A stretch of DNA of 63,979 nt, counting the filler, from Octopus bimaculoides (lineage: Eukaryota): assembly GCF_001194135.2 (NCBI RefSeq). It is 3 parts of 3 records of this genome, joined end to end, with 100 filler letters (N's around TTAATTAATTAA, not from the genome) between each part and the next. Parts side by side here need not be neighbours in the genome. Positions count along the whole stretch, not along the records: positions 39,602 to 63,979 come from NC_069003.1; 2 more parts are not named here. One strand, written 5' to 3'. Under the pieces are notes generated by a model, which made no database searches, was not told the origin of the DNA, and saw only the letters and a program-made list of their open reading frames with translations. The translations under genes and the position numbers were made by a program. Positions 49,733 through 62,255 of the stretch are shown piece after piece (the first letter of the stretch is position 1; each line of letters opens with the position of its first letter).

Positions 49733-49825
49733 GTCCGTTCGTATAGAGAACAGTTAGTTATCCGGTGCGTTCGTATAGAAAACAGTTCGTTATTCAGTCC
49801 GTTCGTATAGAGAACCGTTCATACC
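49733..49825. repeat. 32-bp tandem repeat, about three units
   Basis: gt(c/g)cgttcgtatag units start at 49733, 49765 and 49797. Confidence 0.8.
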
Positions 49826-50153
49826 CTACAGTATCTTCAGACCGAGGATTCTCCCCAAGATGAAGCAACAACAGCCTATTTTTATCGAGATGACGAAAGT
49901 GCTTCTGTGTAGTTACTGCTTACTAGAATTATTTATTGATTCTCTTTCATAACATAGCTAGCTATCTTTACGAATAACAAAGTTTCATTGTACAGTTTGT
50001 TCTTCGTAGGCAATAAAGATAATAATGACAGGTTGGTCATATCCGGAGTAACTTTGAGAAGAAGGTTTGGTCATTCAAAGCTGACCTGGGATGAAGAAAT
50101 AACAATAAGCTATTTTTCTATGAAGTACTTAGTTTGTGGAGTAGTACAACAGA

Positions 50154-50235
<82 letters not shown>

Positions 50236-51447
50236 GTCTGTCTGTCTTTTTGTTCATTTGTAATAGAAACAATTGTACATTAATCTGATGGGTCACCCCG
50301 TGCTTTTGTAGAGTACAAATTTATTATAATTAAGACGACCGACGATGGCCTTAACTGGCCGAAAATTCAAACTTACTGCTAATGATATTCTTACTTAAGA
50401 ACAATATATATTGATACATAATATCACAGCAAGATGTGAGGAAGATTTCATTCGCAACAGTAACATGTCACTAACTATATAAACGAAGGTTTTGAGGCAC
50501 GAGTCAATAGTCAACCTACGCACTCGATTATATCGTTGATCGATCAAGTCACTAAAGAATAACCAGCAGAAGTTAAAACTTCAAAGTTTTGGGACATTAG
50601 CTGTTTTATACTATATTGTATTGCCATAACCGTTCGCCAGGCGATGGGAGTAACGGAGATCGATTGAAAAGATAGCACAACCAAACTCTCCTCTTTCTCT
50701 CAAAAAGCAAGATAGATAAATATAAAAAAGCGAAGCAATAGAAAAATAACTCAAAATAGCGACAGACGATGAAAAAATATCGGATGCAGAATTCACGAGC
50801 TACCGGTTACGACTTTTTTATGGTGACTATCCAAAATTTACGGGAACTGCCAACGAGAGATACTTTCAAGTAAGCTAATTGCTTTGAAACCAACCTCGGG
50901 CGAAATGTCAGCGGTTTGTTAAAGGTGTTGTGTGACAATATAATGTCAGTAAAATGTTACCCTAAAGAACTGCTGTGACCGGCATCCAAATATACAACGA
51001 ACACCCACTGGAGAGGCTGCAAATGGCTAAAACGGCGAAACGTGTGTAGGGAACTAAAGGTATAAATTGCATGTAGTGTTTTGTACTTTTTAATCTATGA
51101 AATCATAATAAGAAATTAGAGGAAGAATCCACCTCCGACTTTTAGTTCATGTAATTCAGAAAACCGCATTATTTATGGGATGACCCATTATATATATNNN
51201 NNNNNNNNNNNNNNNNNNNNNNNNNNNNNNNNNNNNNNNNNNNNNNNNNNNNNNNNNNNNNNNNNNNNNNNNNNNNNNNNNNNNNNNNNNNNNNNNNNNN
51301 NNNNNNNNNNNNNNNNNNNNNNNNNNNNNNNNNNNNNNNNNNNNNNNNNNNNNNNNNNNNNNNNNNNNNNNNNNNNNNNNNNNNNNNNNNNNNNNNNNNN
51401 NNNNNNNNNNNNNNNNNNNNCTATCTATCTATTTATCTATCTATCTA

Positions 51448-51487
<40 letters not shown>

Positions 51488-51834
51488 CCTGCCTGCCTGC
51501 CTGTCTGTCTGTGTATGTGTGTGTATGTATGCGTGTGTGAGTGTGAGTCTGTGTGTGGGTGTGTGGGTGTGTATCTTAATAGAATAATGAAGAAAATGCT
51601 TGAGAACTTGAAAGAAAAAAACTAAGAACATATAGACATTTCAAACTAAATAAGCAGCTGCCGGTTTCAGTCGCTTTGAAAAGGCGATTTAATCATGCTG
51701 AAATAAAGGAAAAATAATTAAAAAAATAAATAGAAAAAATTATTGTTTCATAATATCGATTTCAAATTTTGGCACAAGGCCAGCAATTTCAAGTTGATTA
51801 CATTGACCCCAGAGCTCAACTATATACATACATG

Positions 51835-51870
<36 letters not shown>

Positions 51871-51880
51871 NNNNNNNNNN

Positions 51881-51911
<31 letters not shown>

Positions 51912-51976
51912 ACACACACACATATATATTCATTTTGAGGTCTACTTTCTTGTTTGCATTACCATACATACATATA

Positions 51977-52010
<34 letters not shown>

Positions 52011-52499
52011 AATATATATAGAATTGTTTGTTGTTTGGTTATGTATTCATATTTTTAAGCGTTCACTGTACATTGTAAATACATGATCGTGTAGAGGCGT
52101 GTGTGTATGCGCAAGAGTTAGTAGTAAGGTAGGCGTGATTAAAGATGAGTGTGTGTGTGTGTGTAGGTAACATTTATAGCCATTAGTGAAGACAAAAAAA
52201 AGGTTACTCGCTAAATGGACCGTACAAACTATATTAAAAACAGCTCTCTTAAACTAATTAGCGATGCATAGGAGTGTTCAGACACACGCGTAGATAAACA
52301 AAGCGAAAATACACACATATGCACACAAATACACATTTAGTAGCAAAAATGTAATATCATACTTACAAATGCGTATTGACACCCATGCGCAAAGGCACAA
52401 GCAAATCAAGCTGCGTTGAGCACTAAGGGACGCAAACACATATGGATAAGTTCAAAAAGGGATCACAAGTCCTCCCCGGATTCTGTGGAGTATATATTC

Positions 52500-52670
52500 G
52501 CTGCCTGGACGGGATGCCGACTCGTCGAAGGATTATTCACTTTTGCCAACTGATGCAACGTGAAATGAAGTGTTTTGCTCAAGAACACAGCACATCAGCC
52601 GGTGCAGGAATCGAAACCACAATCTTACGATCTTGGATCCAACACGCTAACCACTAAGCCACGAGCCTCC
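52500..52670 (-). mobile_element. tRNA-derived SINE family C
   Basis: Reverse complement has A box tggcttagtgg and B box ggtttcgattcc, then ttcttgagcaaaacacttcatttcacgttg and ggcatcccgtccagg. The non-tRNA body argues against a tRNA gene. Confidence 0.8.
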
Positions 52671-53597
52671 AACACACGAGTGTTCGTAGAGGCATATACT
52701 TATTCTTTCACATTTAATATATATACATATACATACATATATATATATGTATATATATATATATATNNNNNNNNNNNNNNNNNNNNNNNNNNNNNNNNNN
52801 NNNNNNNNNNNNNNNNNNNNNNNNNNNNNNNNNNNNNNNNNNNNNNNNNNNNNNNNNNNNNNNNNNNNNNNNNNNNNNNNNNNNNNNNNNNNNNNNNNNN
52901 NNNNNNNNNNNNNNNNNNNNNNNNNNNNNNNNNNNNNNNNNNNNNNNNNNNNNNNNNNNNNNNNNNNNNNNNNNNNNNNNNNNNNNNNNNNNNNNNNNNN
53001 ATATATATATCACACATATGGACAAATAGATAAAGATTAAGAAATAGGAAGATAAAGAGATGAAAGGCTATGTAGATAGATAAATGTTTAGACAGATGCA
53101 CAGAGAGATGGACACTCTGAGAGTTAGATGGATTAATGAATGCATAATAGCACCAGTGCTTCAGTGCAGCGCTGCATACGTACACTGGTAACTAATTAGT
53201 TGATGCACAGATGCAACAGTGAGCAGGTGTGAAAGAACGTGATTCTCTGTAGTTATTCATGCATGTACACTTCAATTAAAGCATGAATTATGAATATACA
53301 GTTGAGTGGAGATATCTCAAACATGTGTGTGTGTGTGTGTATATGTAATGGAGTGGATGTGTGCTGATGTAAGGCAATGCAGCGTGTGCGTGCGTGTGTG
53401 TGCGTGCGTGTGAGTGCGTGTGTGTGGGCGTGAGTGTCTACATGTGTATGGGTGCAGTGTTTGTGTGCTTGTGTGATTGTAGTGCATTCATGTGCATGTG
53501 TGTGTGTGTGTGTGTGTGTCTTGGTGAGTGTCTATGCGCGTGCTTGTATGTGTGCGTATGCGTATGCGTGTGTGCGAATGTGTGTGTGTGTGTGCGA

Positions 53598-53631
<34 letters not shown>

Positions 53632-53921
53632 ATTTTTGCTTGTAAGTATGTATGTATGTATGTAGTGTAGTATGCGTTTATATTTGTTTCTCGTTTCTGT
53701 TTTTCAGAATACCGAAGCTATATTTATGTCTCACTCGCATTTCTATACTTTTAACACACATACACGCACAATCTTACGCATGGGTACTTCTATGTATGTA
53801 TGTATGTATGTATGTATGTATGTATGTATGTATGTATGTATTTGTCTGTCTGTTTGTTTGTCAGTCTGTTTTGTTTGTCAGTCTGTCTCTCTGTCTATTT
53901 TTCTATCTATCTAGGTAGCTG

Positions 53922-53979
<58 letters not shown>

Positions 53980-54339
53980 CATCTATCTGTTTGTCTGTCT
54001 GTCAGTCTGTCTTTCTCGCACTCCCCCTCTCTCTATCTGTCTATCTATGTATTTATTTATCTATTTATCTATCTGTCTACCTATCTGTGAGTCTGTCTGT
54101 CTATCTATTCTTCGGCTTGTAAGCGAGGTTGGGTAGACCGAGATCCATGTTAAGGCCAATCGGGTAAATTGTACCCGTAATTTAACATTTCAGTCCTGCT
54201 ACAGAATGTGCCATGTCAATGTCGCTTGAGAATTACATTAATGTTGCACGTGATTGAAACATCCAATGAAACTGTAGTTCATTTGATCGAACAAACGATT
54301 AGTCATCGTCGAAGCCGACGTAAAACTATTACTATTTAA

Positions 54340-55240
54340 GAAGAAATAGAGGATGGATAGGTTAACACGAAATAAAATGGTTCACAATGGTGCATTGCAT
54401 CCAAAGGCAAATGTTACAAGGCCATACATACAGGGGAACGTAGAAGGACGAGGCCATATGAATGTGAAAGACTGTGAGAATAGTGAATGGAGGTCTTTAG
54501 ATTTGTATTTGGTTAGTAGAAGAAAAGAACTTTTAAGGCGTGTTGCCAGAAGCAGAGGCTAAAGCATTGAAGCTATTGAAATTAAGGAGAATTACAAATA
54601 GAGGCTGCTGGTTGAGAAACTGAACGTGGGGCAGGGTGTGGAATTACACGGTCAATTCGAAAGACAAACGAAAGAAGTAGAAGCAGAAACTGCATGGAAT
54701 TGTTTGACAAAGAATGATCTTAAGAGGGAGACAGATTTTGTTGGTGGTTACTCAGGGCTAGGTACTAAACAGAAACTCGCTTAGGAATATGTATAAATTT
54801 GGTGAAATAAATACGTGTCGGTCATGTGAGAAGAGGATGGAAAGTGCGGCACACATCATGAATGCTTACGCAGAGGCGTCACGTTAAAATGTGCTTAAAC
54901 CGCCATTAGTCTTTATGCAAGATATATGGGTTTCCAACCATTGAGAAATGGTATCGGCAAAAAAAAACCCAGAGTAGGTTCTAGAAAATCAAACAGTGAA
55001 AGTTCTTGTGACACCTTACAATCCTGATATGAACAGTTCTTGAACATAAGCGAAGCATAACTTTGGTGGAGAAAGGTATTGTAAGGAGGTATTTGTTGAT
55101 AGTTGTATCTTGCCCAGGAGATCATTGCATCAATGGTAATGAAAACGAGAAAATCGTAAAATATGCAGATTTGATAATAGACGTCGAGGGAATGTGGAAT
55201 ATGAAAGCAAGAATGGCACCAACTGTGACTGGAACATTGC
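54340..55240 (+). mobile_element. R4/Dong-like non-LTR retrotransposon, 3' coding fragment
   Basis: MDRLTRNKMVHNGALHPKANVTRPYI..EGRG; LHGQFERQT..AWNCLTKNDLKRET; knuckle CRSC-x8-H-x4-(Y); SLCKIYGF; IVVSCPGD..ENEKIVKYADL..EGMWNMK..TVTGTL. Confidence 0.85.
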
Positions 55241-55250
55241 AATAATAAAT

Positions 55251-55676
55251 ACCCTGATGCAATACCAGACAGTACCGATCTTAACTCATTAGAAATGTTA
55301 TCACGTATAAGTTTCGTCTTGGTATAAAAGATGGGCTACAGCAAATATTCTGCTCAATACCACAGGTTTGCTTGTCAGTTGCCTGACCTTAACAAGCTGA
55401 GCATGTCCCGTAGCGGCTAATGATAAGTGCATCCCTGATCACGAGCAGGAATAGTGGGGGAGCATCAGCTATTCGACCTGAAGAAAATTCTAGTTGGGCC
55501 CCCACCTGCAAGGTCATGCGCTGTTTCTCTTGATATGAGATCACCATGTCGCGCACATATGGTTGTGATGCATGTACCTGGTGTACCCTTATGAGACGGG
55601 TAGTCATGATGGGTATAGTGGGCTTCGTATATTTTACCCCAGTGTCACTTTGATGGCATGCACTGCTCTCTCACTC
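55251..55676 (+). mobile_element. (TAA)n-flanked non-coding dispersed repeat, copy 2
   Basis: Preceded by aataataaat (55241-50) and followed by (AAT)n (55677-55746); homologous to 1581-1842. Confidence 0.8.
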
Positions 55677-55711
<35 letters not shown>

Positions 55712-56028
55712 TAATAATAATAATAATAATAATAATGATAATAATACTCAAATGTACTGTATGTAATATCAGAGATGGTGAAATACCTTGGAATTTCATA
55801 TATTCNNNNNNNNNNNNNNNNNNNNNNNNNNNNNNNNNNNNNNNNNNNNNNNNNNNNNNNNNNNNNNNNNNNNNNNNNNNNNNNNNNNNNNNNNNNNNNN
55901 NNNNNNNNNNNNNNNNNNNNNNNNNNNNNNNNNNNNNNNNNNNNNNNNCAACCATCATAAATACCACCAACACCATCATCAACCACGACGACGGCGACCA
56001 CCACGACCACCACCACCACCATCACTTT

Positions 56029-56076
<48 letters not shown>

Positions 56077-56084
56077 ATTAATTA

Positions 56085-56298
56085 ATGATTTCGAATTCAG
56101 GCACAAAGCCAGCAAATTAAACGACTGGGGTCAATTGCAACGGCCCCAGTGCTCAGCTGGTTCTCATTTGTCGACCCCCGAAAGGATGAAAGGCAAAGGC
56201 GACCTCGGCAGAATTTGAACTCAGAACGTGGAGACGGATGAAATGCCGTAAAGCAATTCTTGCCCATCCTGCTAACGATTCTATCAACTTGCCGCCTT
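56085..56298 (-). mobile_element. SINE family B, full length
   Basis: gacccccgaaaggatgaaaggcaaaggcgacctcggcagaatttgaactcagaacg..gctaacgattct. Confidence 0.85.
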
Positions 56299-56762
56299 AA
56301 CAACTACAACAACAATAACAACAGCAACTACTACTACTACTACTACGATTTTTTTTTACTATAGGCATATGGCCTGAATTTTCCTCTTTGTTCTCGTGGC
56401 CAGGGCTGGTCAGTTGTATCGTCCCTAAATACTCAATGGGTACATATTTTCCCCCACCTCGAAAGAAAGAAAGGCAAACACAACCCTGGCGGGATTGGAG
56501 CATTGCATGTAAAAAGCCGTACAAAAACAAAAAAAAAAGTGCCACTAAGCCAGTTTGTACGGTGGTGGGGGCTAACGAGTTTTGCCGGCCTGCCTTGCTT
56601 TCTGCCAATAATAAACTTTTACTATGCACCGCTAAAATATATTCCTGGAAAATCTATTTCGGTGCTCGATAAATTTAGTGTGAAGTCAAATCACTCCGAT
56701 TGATATTACAATAATTCTTATCGAATTATCTGATAGATATTACATGGAAATATTCTCTTACA

Positions 56763-56763
56763 G

Positions 56764-56825
<62 letters not shown>

Positions 56826-56990
56826 GTCATCATCATCTTCATCTTCATCATCATCATCATCGTCATCGTCATCATCATCATCATCATCATCATCTTCATC
56901 ATCATCATCATCATCATCGTCATCATCATCTTCATCATCATCATCATCGTCATCATCATCTTCATCATCATCATCATCGTCATCATCATC

Positions 56991-57029
<39 letters not shown>

Positions 57030-57334
57030 TTCATCNNNNNNNNNNNNNNNNNNNNNNNNNNNNNNNNNNNNNNNNNNNNNNNNNNNNNNNNNNNNNNNNN
57101 NNNNNNNNNNNNNNNNNNNNNNNNNNNNNNNNNNNNNNNNNNNNNNNNNNNNNNNNNNNNNNNNNNNNNNNNNNNNNNNNNNNNNNNNNNNNNNNNNNNN
57201 NNNNNNNNNNNNNNNNNNNNNNNNNNNNNNNNNNNNNNNNNNNNNNNNNNNNNNNNNNNNNNNNNNNNNNNNNNNNNNNNNNNNNNNNATCATCATCATC
57301 ATCATCATCATCATCATTATCATCGTCATCATCA
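56763..57334. repeat. (CAT)n microsatellite with a gap
   Basis: Read directly; source of the poly-H/D ORFs. Confidence 0.95.
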
Positions 57335-57335
57335 A

Positions 57336-57559
57336 AGGTGGTGAGCTGAAACAATCGTTAAGCACGCCGGGCGAAATGCTTAGCGGTATTTCGTGAGTCT
57401 TTAGGTTCTGAGTTCAAATTCCCACCCGAGGTCCACTTTGCCTTTCATCTGTTCGGGTTTCGACAAAATAAGTACCAGTTAAGTACTGGGCTCGAAGTAC
57501 TCGACTATTCCCCACTCCCTCACCCCAAACTTCATGTCTTGTGCCTATTGTAGAAAGGA
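57336..57559 (+). mobile_element. SINE family B, first of a tandem chain
   Basis: Full head, core and tail, ending in (CAT)n. Confidence 0.88.
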
Positions 57560-57668
57560 TCATCATCATCATCTTCATCTTCATCGTCATCGTCGTCGTC
57601 GTCGTCGTCGTCTTCATCATCATCATCATCATCATCATCATCTTCATCATCATCATCATCATCATAAA

Positions 57669-57880
57669 AGGTGGTCAGCTGGCACAATCGTTAGCACGCC
57701 GGACGAAATGCTTAGCAGCATTTCGTCCGCCTTTATGTTCTGAGTCGAAATTCCATCGTTGTCGACTCTGCCTTTCATCCTTTCGGGATCGATAAAAAAA
57801 TACCAGTCGAGTACTGGGGTTCAATATAATCGTCTTACACCTCTCCCGAACTTGCTGGCCCTGCGCCAAAATTGGAAATC
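57669..57880 (+). mobile_element. SINE family B, second of the chain
   Basis: Full head, core and tail, ending in (ATT)n. Confidence 0.88.
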
Positions 57881-57895
57881 ATTATTATTATTAAC

Positions 57896-57968
57896 AAGGT
57901 TATGAGCGGGCAGAATCATTGGAAAGCATTCTTTACGTCATTTTACAATCCGAGTTCAAATTCTGGCC
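57896..57968 (+). mobile_element. SINE family B head relic, third of the chain
   Basis: aaggttatgagcgggcagaatcatt..ccgagttcaaattctggcc. Confidence 0.55.
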
Positions 57969-57994
57969 ATTAGATTTCACACACAAACACACAC

Positions 57995-58059
<65 letters not shown>

Positions 58060-58270
58060 AAAAGGAATATGGAAGATAATATATATATATATGATGGTAC
58101 GTGTTTATGGGTAGATAGAAGGATAAATTGTAAGTTCCATTTATCGTTTTATATATTTGCGTATGCATGAATCTCTGTGTGAGTATGTGCGTAAGTGCGT
58201 ATATGTGTGTGTGCATGTACGTGTGTGTGTGTGTGTGTGTGTTTGTGTGTGTTTGTTTGTGTTTGTTTGT

Positions 58271-58309
<39 letters not shown>

Positions 58310-58809
58310 TATGTGTGTACGTATGTGTGTTCAAGGAAGCGCACTTCTCTCAACTCCAATTTTCTTTGCGACTCTTAATAAAACTAATGGGCCTCCAGTG
58401 CGTCCAAAGTGTGTTGATAGCGGCGCCAGTCACGTGATTGCATTGCCAAAATGTCTATACCGTTGTTAGTAATGCAGAACTCCAATCAATCGATTATGTA
58501 ATCGATAAAGTAGCAAGACATTTATTGCATACGTTTTATTCATATACAAAACGTCAATACTTCAAGAAATGTTCGTATATGAATATGCATAATATATATA
58601 CATACATATATAAATGTTCATAATATATATATATATATATACACATACATATACAAACGCATACACATGTATGTAAATCAATACATCGTATCATCTTGCC
58701 AAAGATGGCGATGCTACACGGTCACTCGACATGCTAGAAATAACTACATCATATGTCACAAAGAGAAAGAACATTTCAGATAAGTCTCAAGTTATCGTTT
58801 ATGTTTTAA

Positions 58810-58980
58810 TTTTTCAGTCATCCGTCCGAGGCCATGCTGTAGCATCGCCTTGAAGATTTTTTTTAGACGAAGGTATCAATCCCAATAGTTAGTCTATCGC
58901 AGTCTTTCACCGAACCGCTAAGTTATGGGGGCATAAATACGCCAACACCAGGTGTCAAGCGGCTGTAAGGGAACAAACAC
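58810..58980 (-). mobile_element. SINE family A, 3' half
   Basis: ttcagtcat..ggccatgctgtagcatcgccttgaag..ccgaaccgctaagtta..caacaccaggtgtcaagcgg. Confidence 0.75.
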
Positions 58981-60307
58981 ACTCGAAGAGACACATCTAC
59001 ACCGACGGACACTCCTAAACTAGTTTTTAAATGCCCCAACCGTGAGGGATCAATAAATAGGTCGAAACTATTGTAGTGATTAATAAACATTCTCGTATTT
59101 TCCCAACTTCCGTCTCTCTCATTAATCAAATATATATATATATATATATANNNNNNNNNNNNNNNNNNNNNNNNNNNNNNNNNNNNNNNNNNNNNNNNNN
59201 NNNNNNNNNNNNNNNNNNNNNNNNNNNNNNNNNNNNNNNNNNNNNNNNNNNNNNNNNNNNNNNNNNNNNNNNNNNNNNNNNNNNNNNNNNNNNNNNNNNN
59301 NNNNNNNNNNNNNNNNNNNNNNNNNNNNNNNNNNNNNNNNNNNNNNNNNNNNNNNNNNNNNNNNNNNNNNNNNNNNNNNNNNNNNNNNNNNNNNNNNNNN
59401 NNNNNNNNNNNNNNNNNNNNNNNNNNNNNNNNNNNNNNNNNNNNNNNNNNNNNNNNNNNNNNNNNNNNNNNNNNNNNNNNNNNNNNNNNNNNNNNNNNNN
59501 NNNNNNNNNNNNNNNNNNNNNNNNNNNNNNNNNNNNNNNNNNNNNNNNNNNNNNNNNNNNNNNNNNNNNNNNNNNNNNNNNNNNNNNNNNNNNNNNNNNN
59601 NNNNNNNNNNNNNNNNNNNNNNNNNNNNNNNNNNNNNNNNNNNNNNNNNNNNNNNNNNNNNNNNNNNNNNNNNNNNNNNNNNNNNNNNNNNNNNNNNNNN
59701 NNNNNNNNNNNNNNNNNNNNNNNNNNNNNNNNNNNNNNNNNNNNNNNNNNNNNNNNNNNNNNNNNNNNNNNNNNNNNNNNNNNNNNNNNNNNNNNNNNNN
59801 NNNNNNNNNNNNNNNNNNNNNNNNNNNNNNNNNNNNNNNNNNNNNNNNNNNNNNNNNNNNNNNNNNNNNNNNNNNNNNNNNNNNNNNNNNNNNNNNNNNN
59901 NNNNNNNNNNNNNNNNNNNNNNNNNNNNNNNNNNNNNNNNNNNNNNNNNNNNNNNNNNNNNNNNNNNNNNNNNNNNNNNNNNNNNNNNNNNNNNNNNNNN
60001 NNNNNNNNNNNNNNNNNNNNNNNNNNNNNNNNNNNNNNNNNNNNNNNNNNNNNNNNNNNNNNNNNNNNNNNNNNNNNNNNATATATATACACATATATTC
60101 ACATACATATTCACACGCACATATACATCTGTGCATGGAATAGATTTATTTTTCACGGTCTCTTGGTGTAATACTAGCTACTTCATAAAACGGTTAATGT
60201 TCAGCATTATCCGATTTCAGCTGCACTAGGTGGTCATATGTGTGTACACACACACACGCACACACACACACACACGCACGCGCACACACATATACACACA
60301 CACATAT

Positions 60308-60358
<51 letters not shown>

Positions 60359-61772
60359 CTGTACATGGTGAAGGTGATGCAAGCCATCTTTTCTATTTCT
60401 GTCAGTTATATTATATGCCCCATTTATTGTTACACAATATCACGTCGTTTCAACATATTGGCATTGATTTCATGATAGAGAATAGTGAGAGGATAATGGT
60501 AGGGGGTATGGTGGTGGTGGTGGTGGTCGTGGTGGTAGTTGTGGTGGTGATTCTGGATTACCAGAATTTGTGGACAACCGCAATATATCACGGTTTTTAG
60601 TTGCAGCTGTTTACGTTCTGATTTCAAATCCCGACGAGGCCAGCTTCATTTTTCATTCCTCCGAGATCAATAACGGAAAGCCCTCGTCATGTTCTGAGGA
60701 AAATGTTTTTGATTATCAGCTATACCCACTCGCATAATGAATGGCCTTGTCTCAAGGTTATAATAATCTTAAGAGCAGTGGATTAGCAAAACCGTTGGAG
60801 CATCGGAGGTAGTGCCTTATAGTAGCAATCGTGGACCAGTACTAGGTCATGGATCATTCTGAAACCGGACCGCACAGAAAGAATACATTTTAAAATTTTA
60901 TTTTTATCGTATTGACTATCGCAGTTTGCAGGNNNNNNNNNNNNNNNNNNNNNNNNNNNNNNNNNNNNNNNNNNNNNNNNNNNNNNNNNNNNNNNNNNNN
61001 NNNNNNNNNNNNNNNNNNNNNNNNNNNNNNNNNNNNNNNNNNNNNNNNNNNNNNNNNNNNNNNNNNNNNNNNNNNNNNNNNNNNNNNNNNNNNNNNNNNN
61101 NNNNNNNNNNNNNNNNNNNNNNNNNNNNNNNNNNNNNNNNNNNNNNNNNNNNNNNNNNNNNNNNNNNNNNNNNNNNNNNNNNNNNNNNNNNNNNNNNNNN
61201 NNNNNNNNNNNNNNNNNNNNNNNNNNNNNNNNNNNNNNNNNNNNNNNNNNNNNNNNNNNNNNNNNNNNNNNNNNNNNNNNNNNNNNNNNNNNNNNNNNNN
61301 NNNNNNNNNNNNNNNNNNNNNNNNNNNNNNNNNNNNNNNNNNNNNNNNNNNNNNNNNNNNNNNNNNNNNNNNNNNNNNNNNNNNNNNNNNNNNNNNNNNN
61401 NNNNNNNNNNNNNNNNNNNNNNNNNNNNNNNNNNNNNNNNNNNNNNNNNNNNNNNNNNNNNNNNNNNNNNNNNNNNNNNNNNNNNNNNNNNNNNNNNNNN
61501 NNNNNNNNNNNNNNNNNNNNNNNNNNNNNNNNNNNNNNNNNNNNNNNNNNNNNNNNNNNNNCTAATTATTGTATGTTTTATCGTAGTTTTTATTATTATT
61601 ATTTATTTCGTGTAAACATTTGTTTTATAGATTAAAAAAAAAAATCATCCGATTTATAGTTTGGTGTCATTTTCTCTTCTCCTTGTCGTAGCATAACTCA
61701 TTCACCTTTTGTATTTGTCTTCGCAAATACTTTGTTTATACAATTTTCTGAACTTTTTTTTATGTATTGAAG

Positions 61773-61856
<84 letters not shown>

Positions 61857-61887
61857 GCTGCTGCTGGTGTTGTTGCTGCTCAGACTC

Positions 61888-62255
61888 GAAAGATCTACAG
61901 CTATAGACACCCCCTCGAGGAACGTGAAGACGCAGGTTGGAAAGTAGAGCATCATCCAATCGAAGTTGAATGTTGAAGATTCATTGGACACTGTCAAGCG
62001 ATTGTTGTTATGGCTGGGCCTAACTCATTATAAGACAATAATTGCCATCATGAATGATATCCAGACTGCAGTGGAGAAGCCAAGCCACTGGATTTGGTTA
62101 AAAAGAGCTGATGAGCAAAGAAGAATATTGAGTGAAGTCTAGAAACCAGTTGATCTAGCAACCAGGGCCTCAACTCAGTGAAATGACGGTGCTGCGGAAT
62201 AATGCTGTCGAGAAGGCCCCGAAACGGCGTGTGTTCTCTCCTGATTAACCCATAA
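61888..62255 (+). mobile_element. Hero-like (R2 group) non-LTR retrotransposon, C-terminus and 3' UTR
   Basis: EEREDAGWKVEHHPIEVEC*RFIGH then, frameshifted, VKRLLLWLGL..QTAVEKPSHWIWLKR. This matches the GWK..PVEVGCRGF..S.WxWLKR end I recall from Hero elements. Confidence 0.7.

Noticed and set aside
50335-50375. ccgacga-t-ggcc ttaact ggcc-gaaa hammerhead-like motif
   Set aside because: Stem II and GAAA fit, but the core has U4 changed to C and I found no stem I or convincing stem III. At most an unprovable relic.
52600-52670. tRNA gene
   Set aside because: A and B boxes are present but there is no full cloverleaf, and the sequence continues into a SINE body. The same applies to the family A and B heads.
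752-61615. Long ORFs of 200-490 aa in the track containing X runs and YI/HT/VC repeats
   Set aside because: They stay open only because N gaps and dinucleotide repeats contain no stops.
62200-62255. Hammerhead in the Hero 3' UTR (gaaac...ctgatta; also ctgtcga..gaaac)
   Set aside because: Core-like words are present, but stems I and II cannot be formed in either arrangement.
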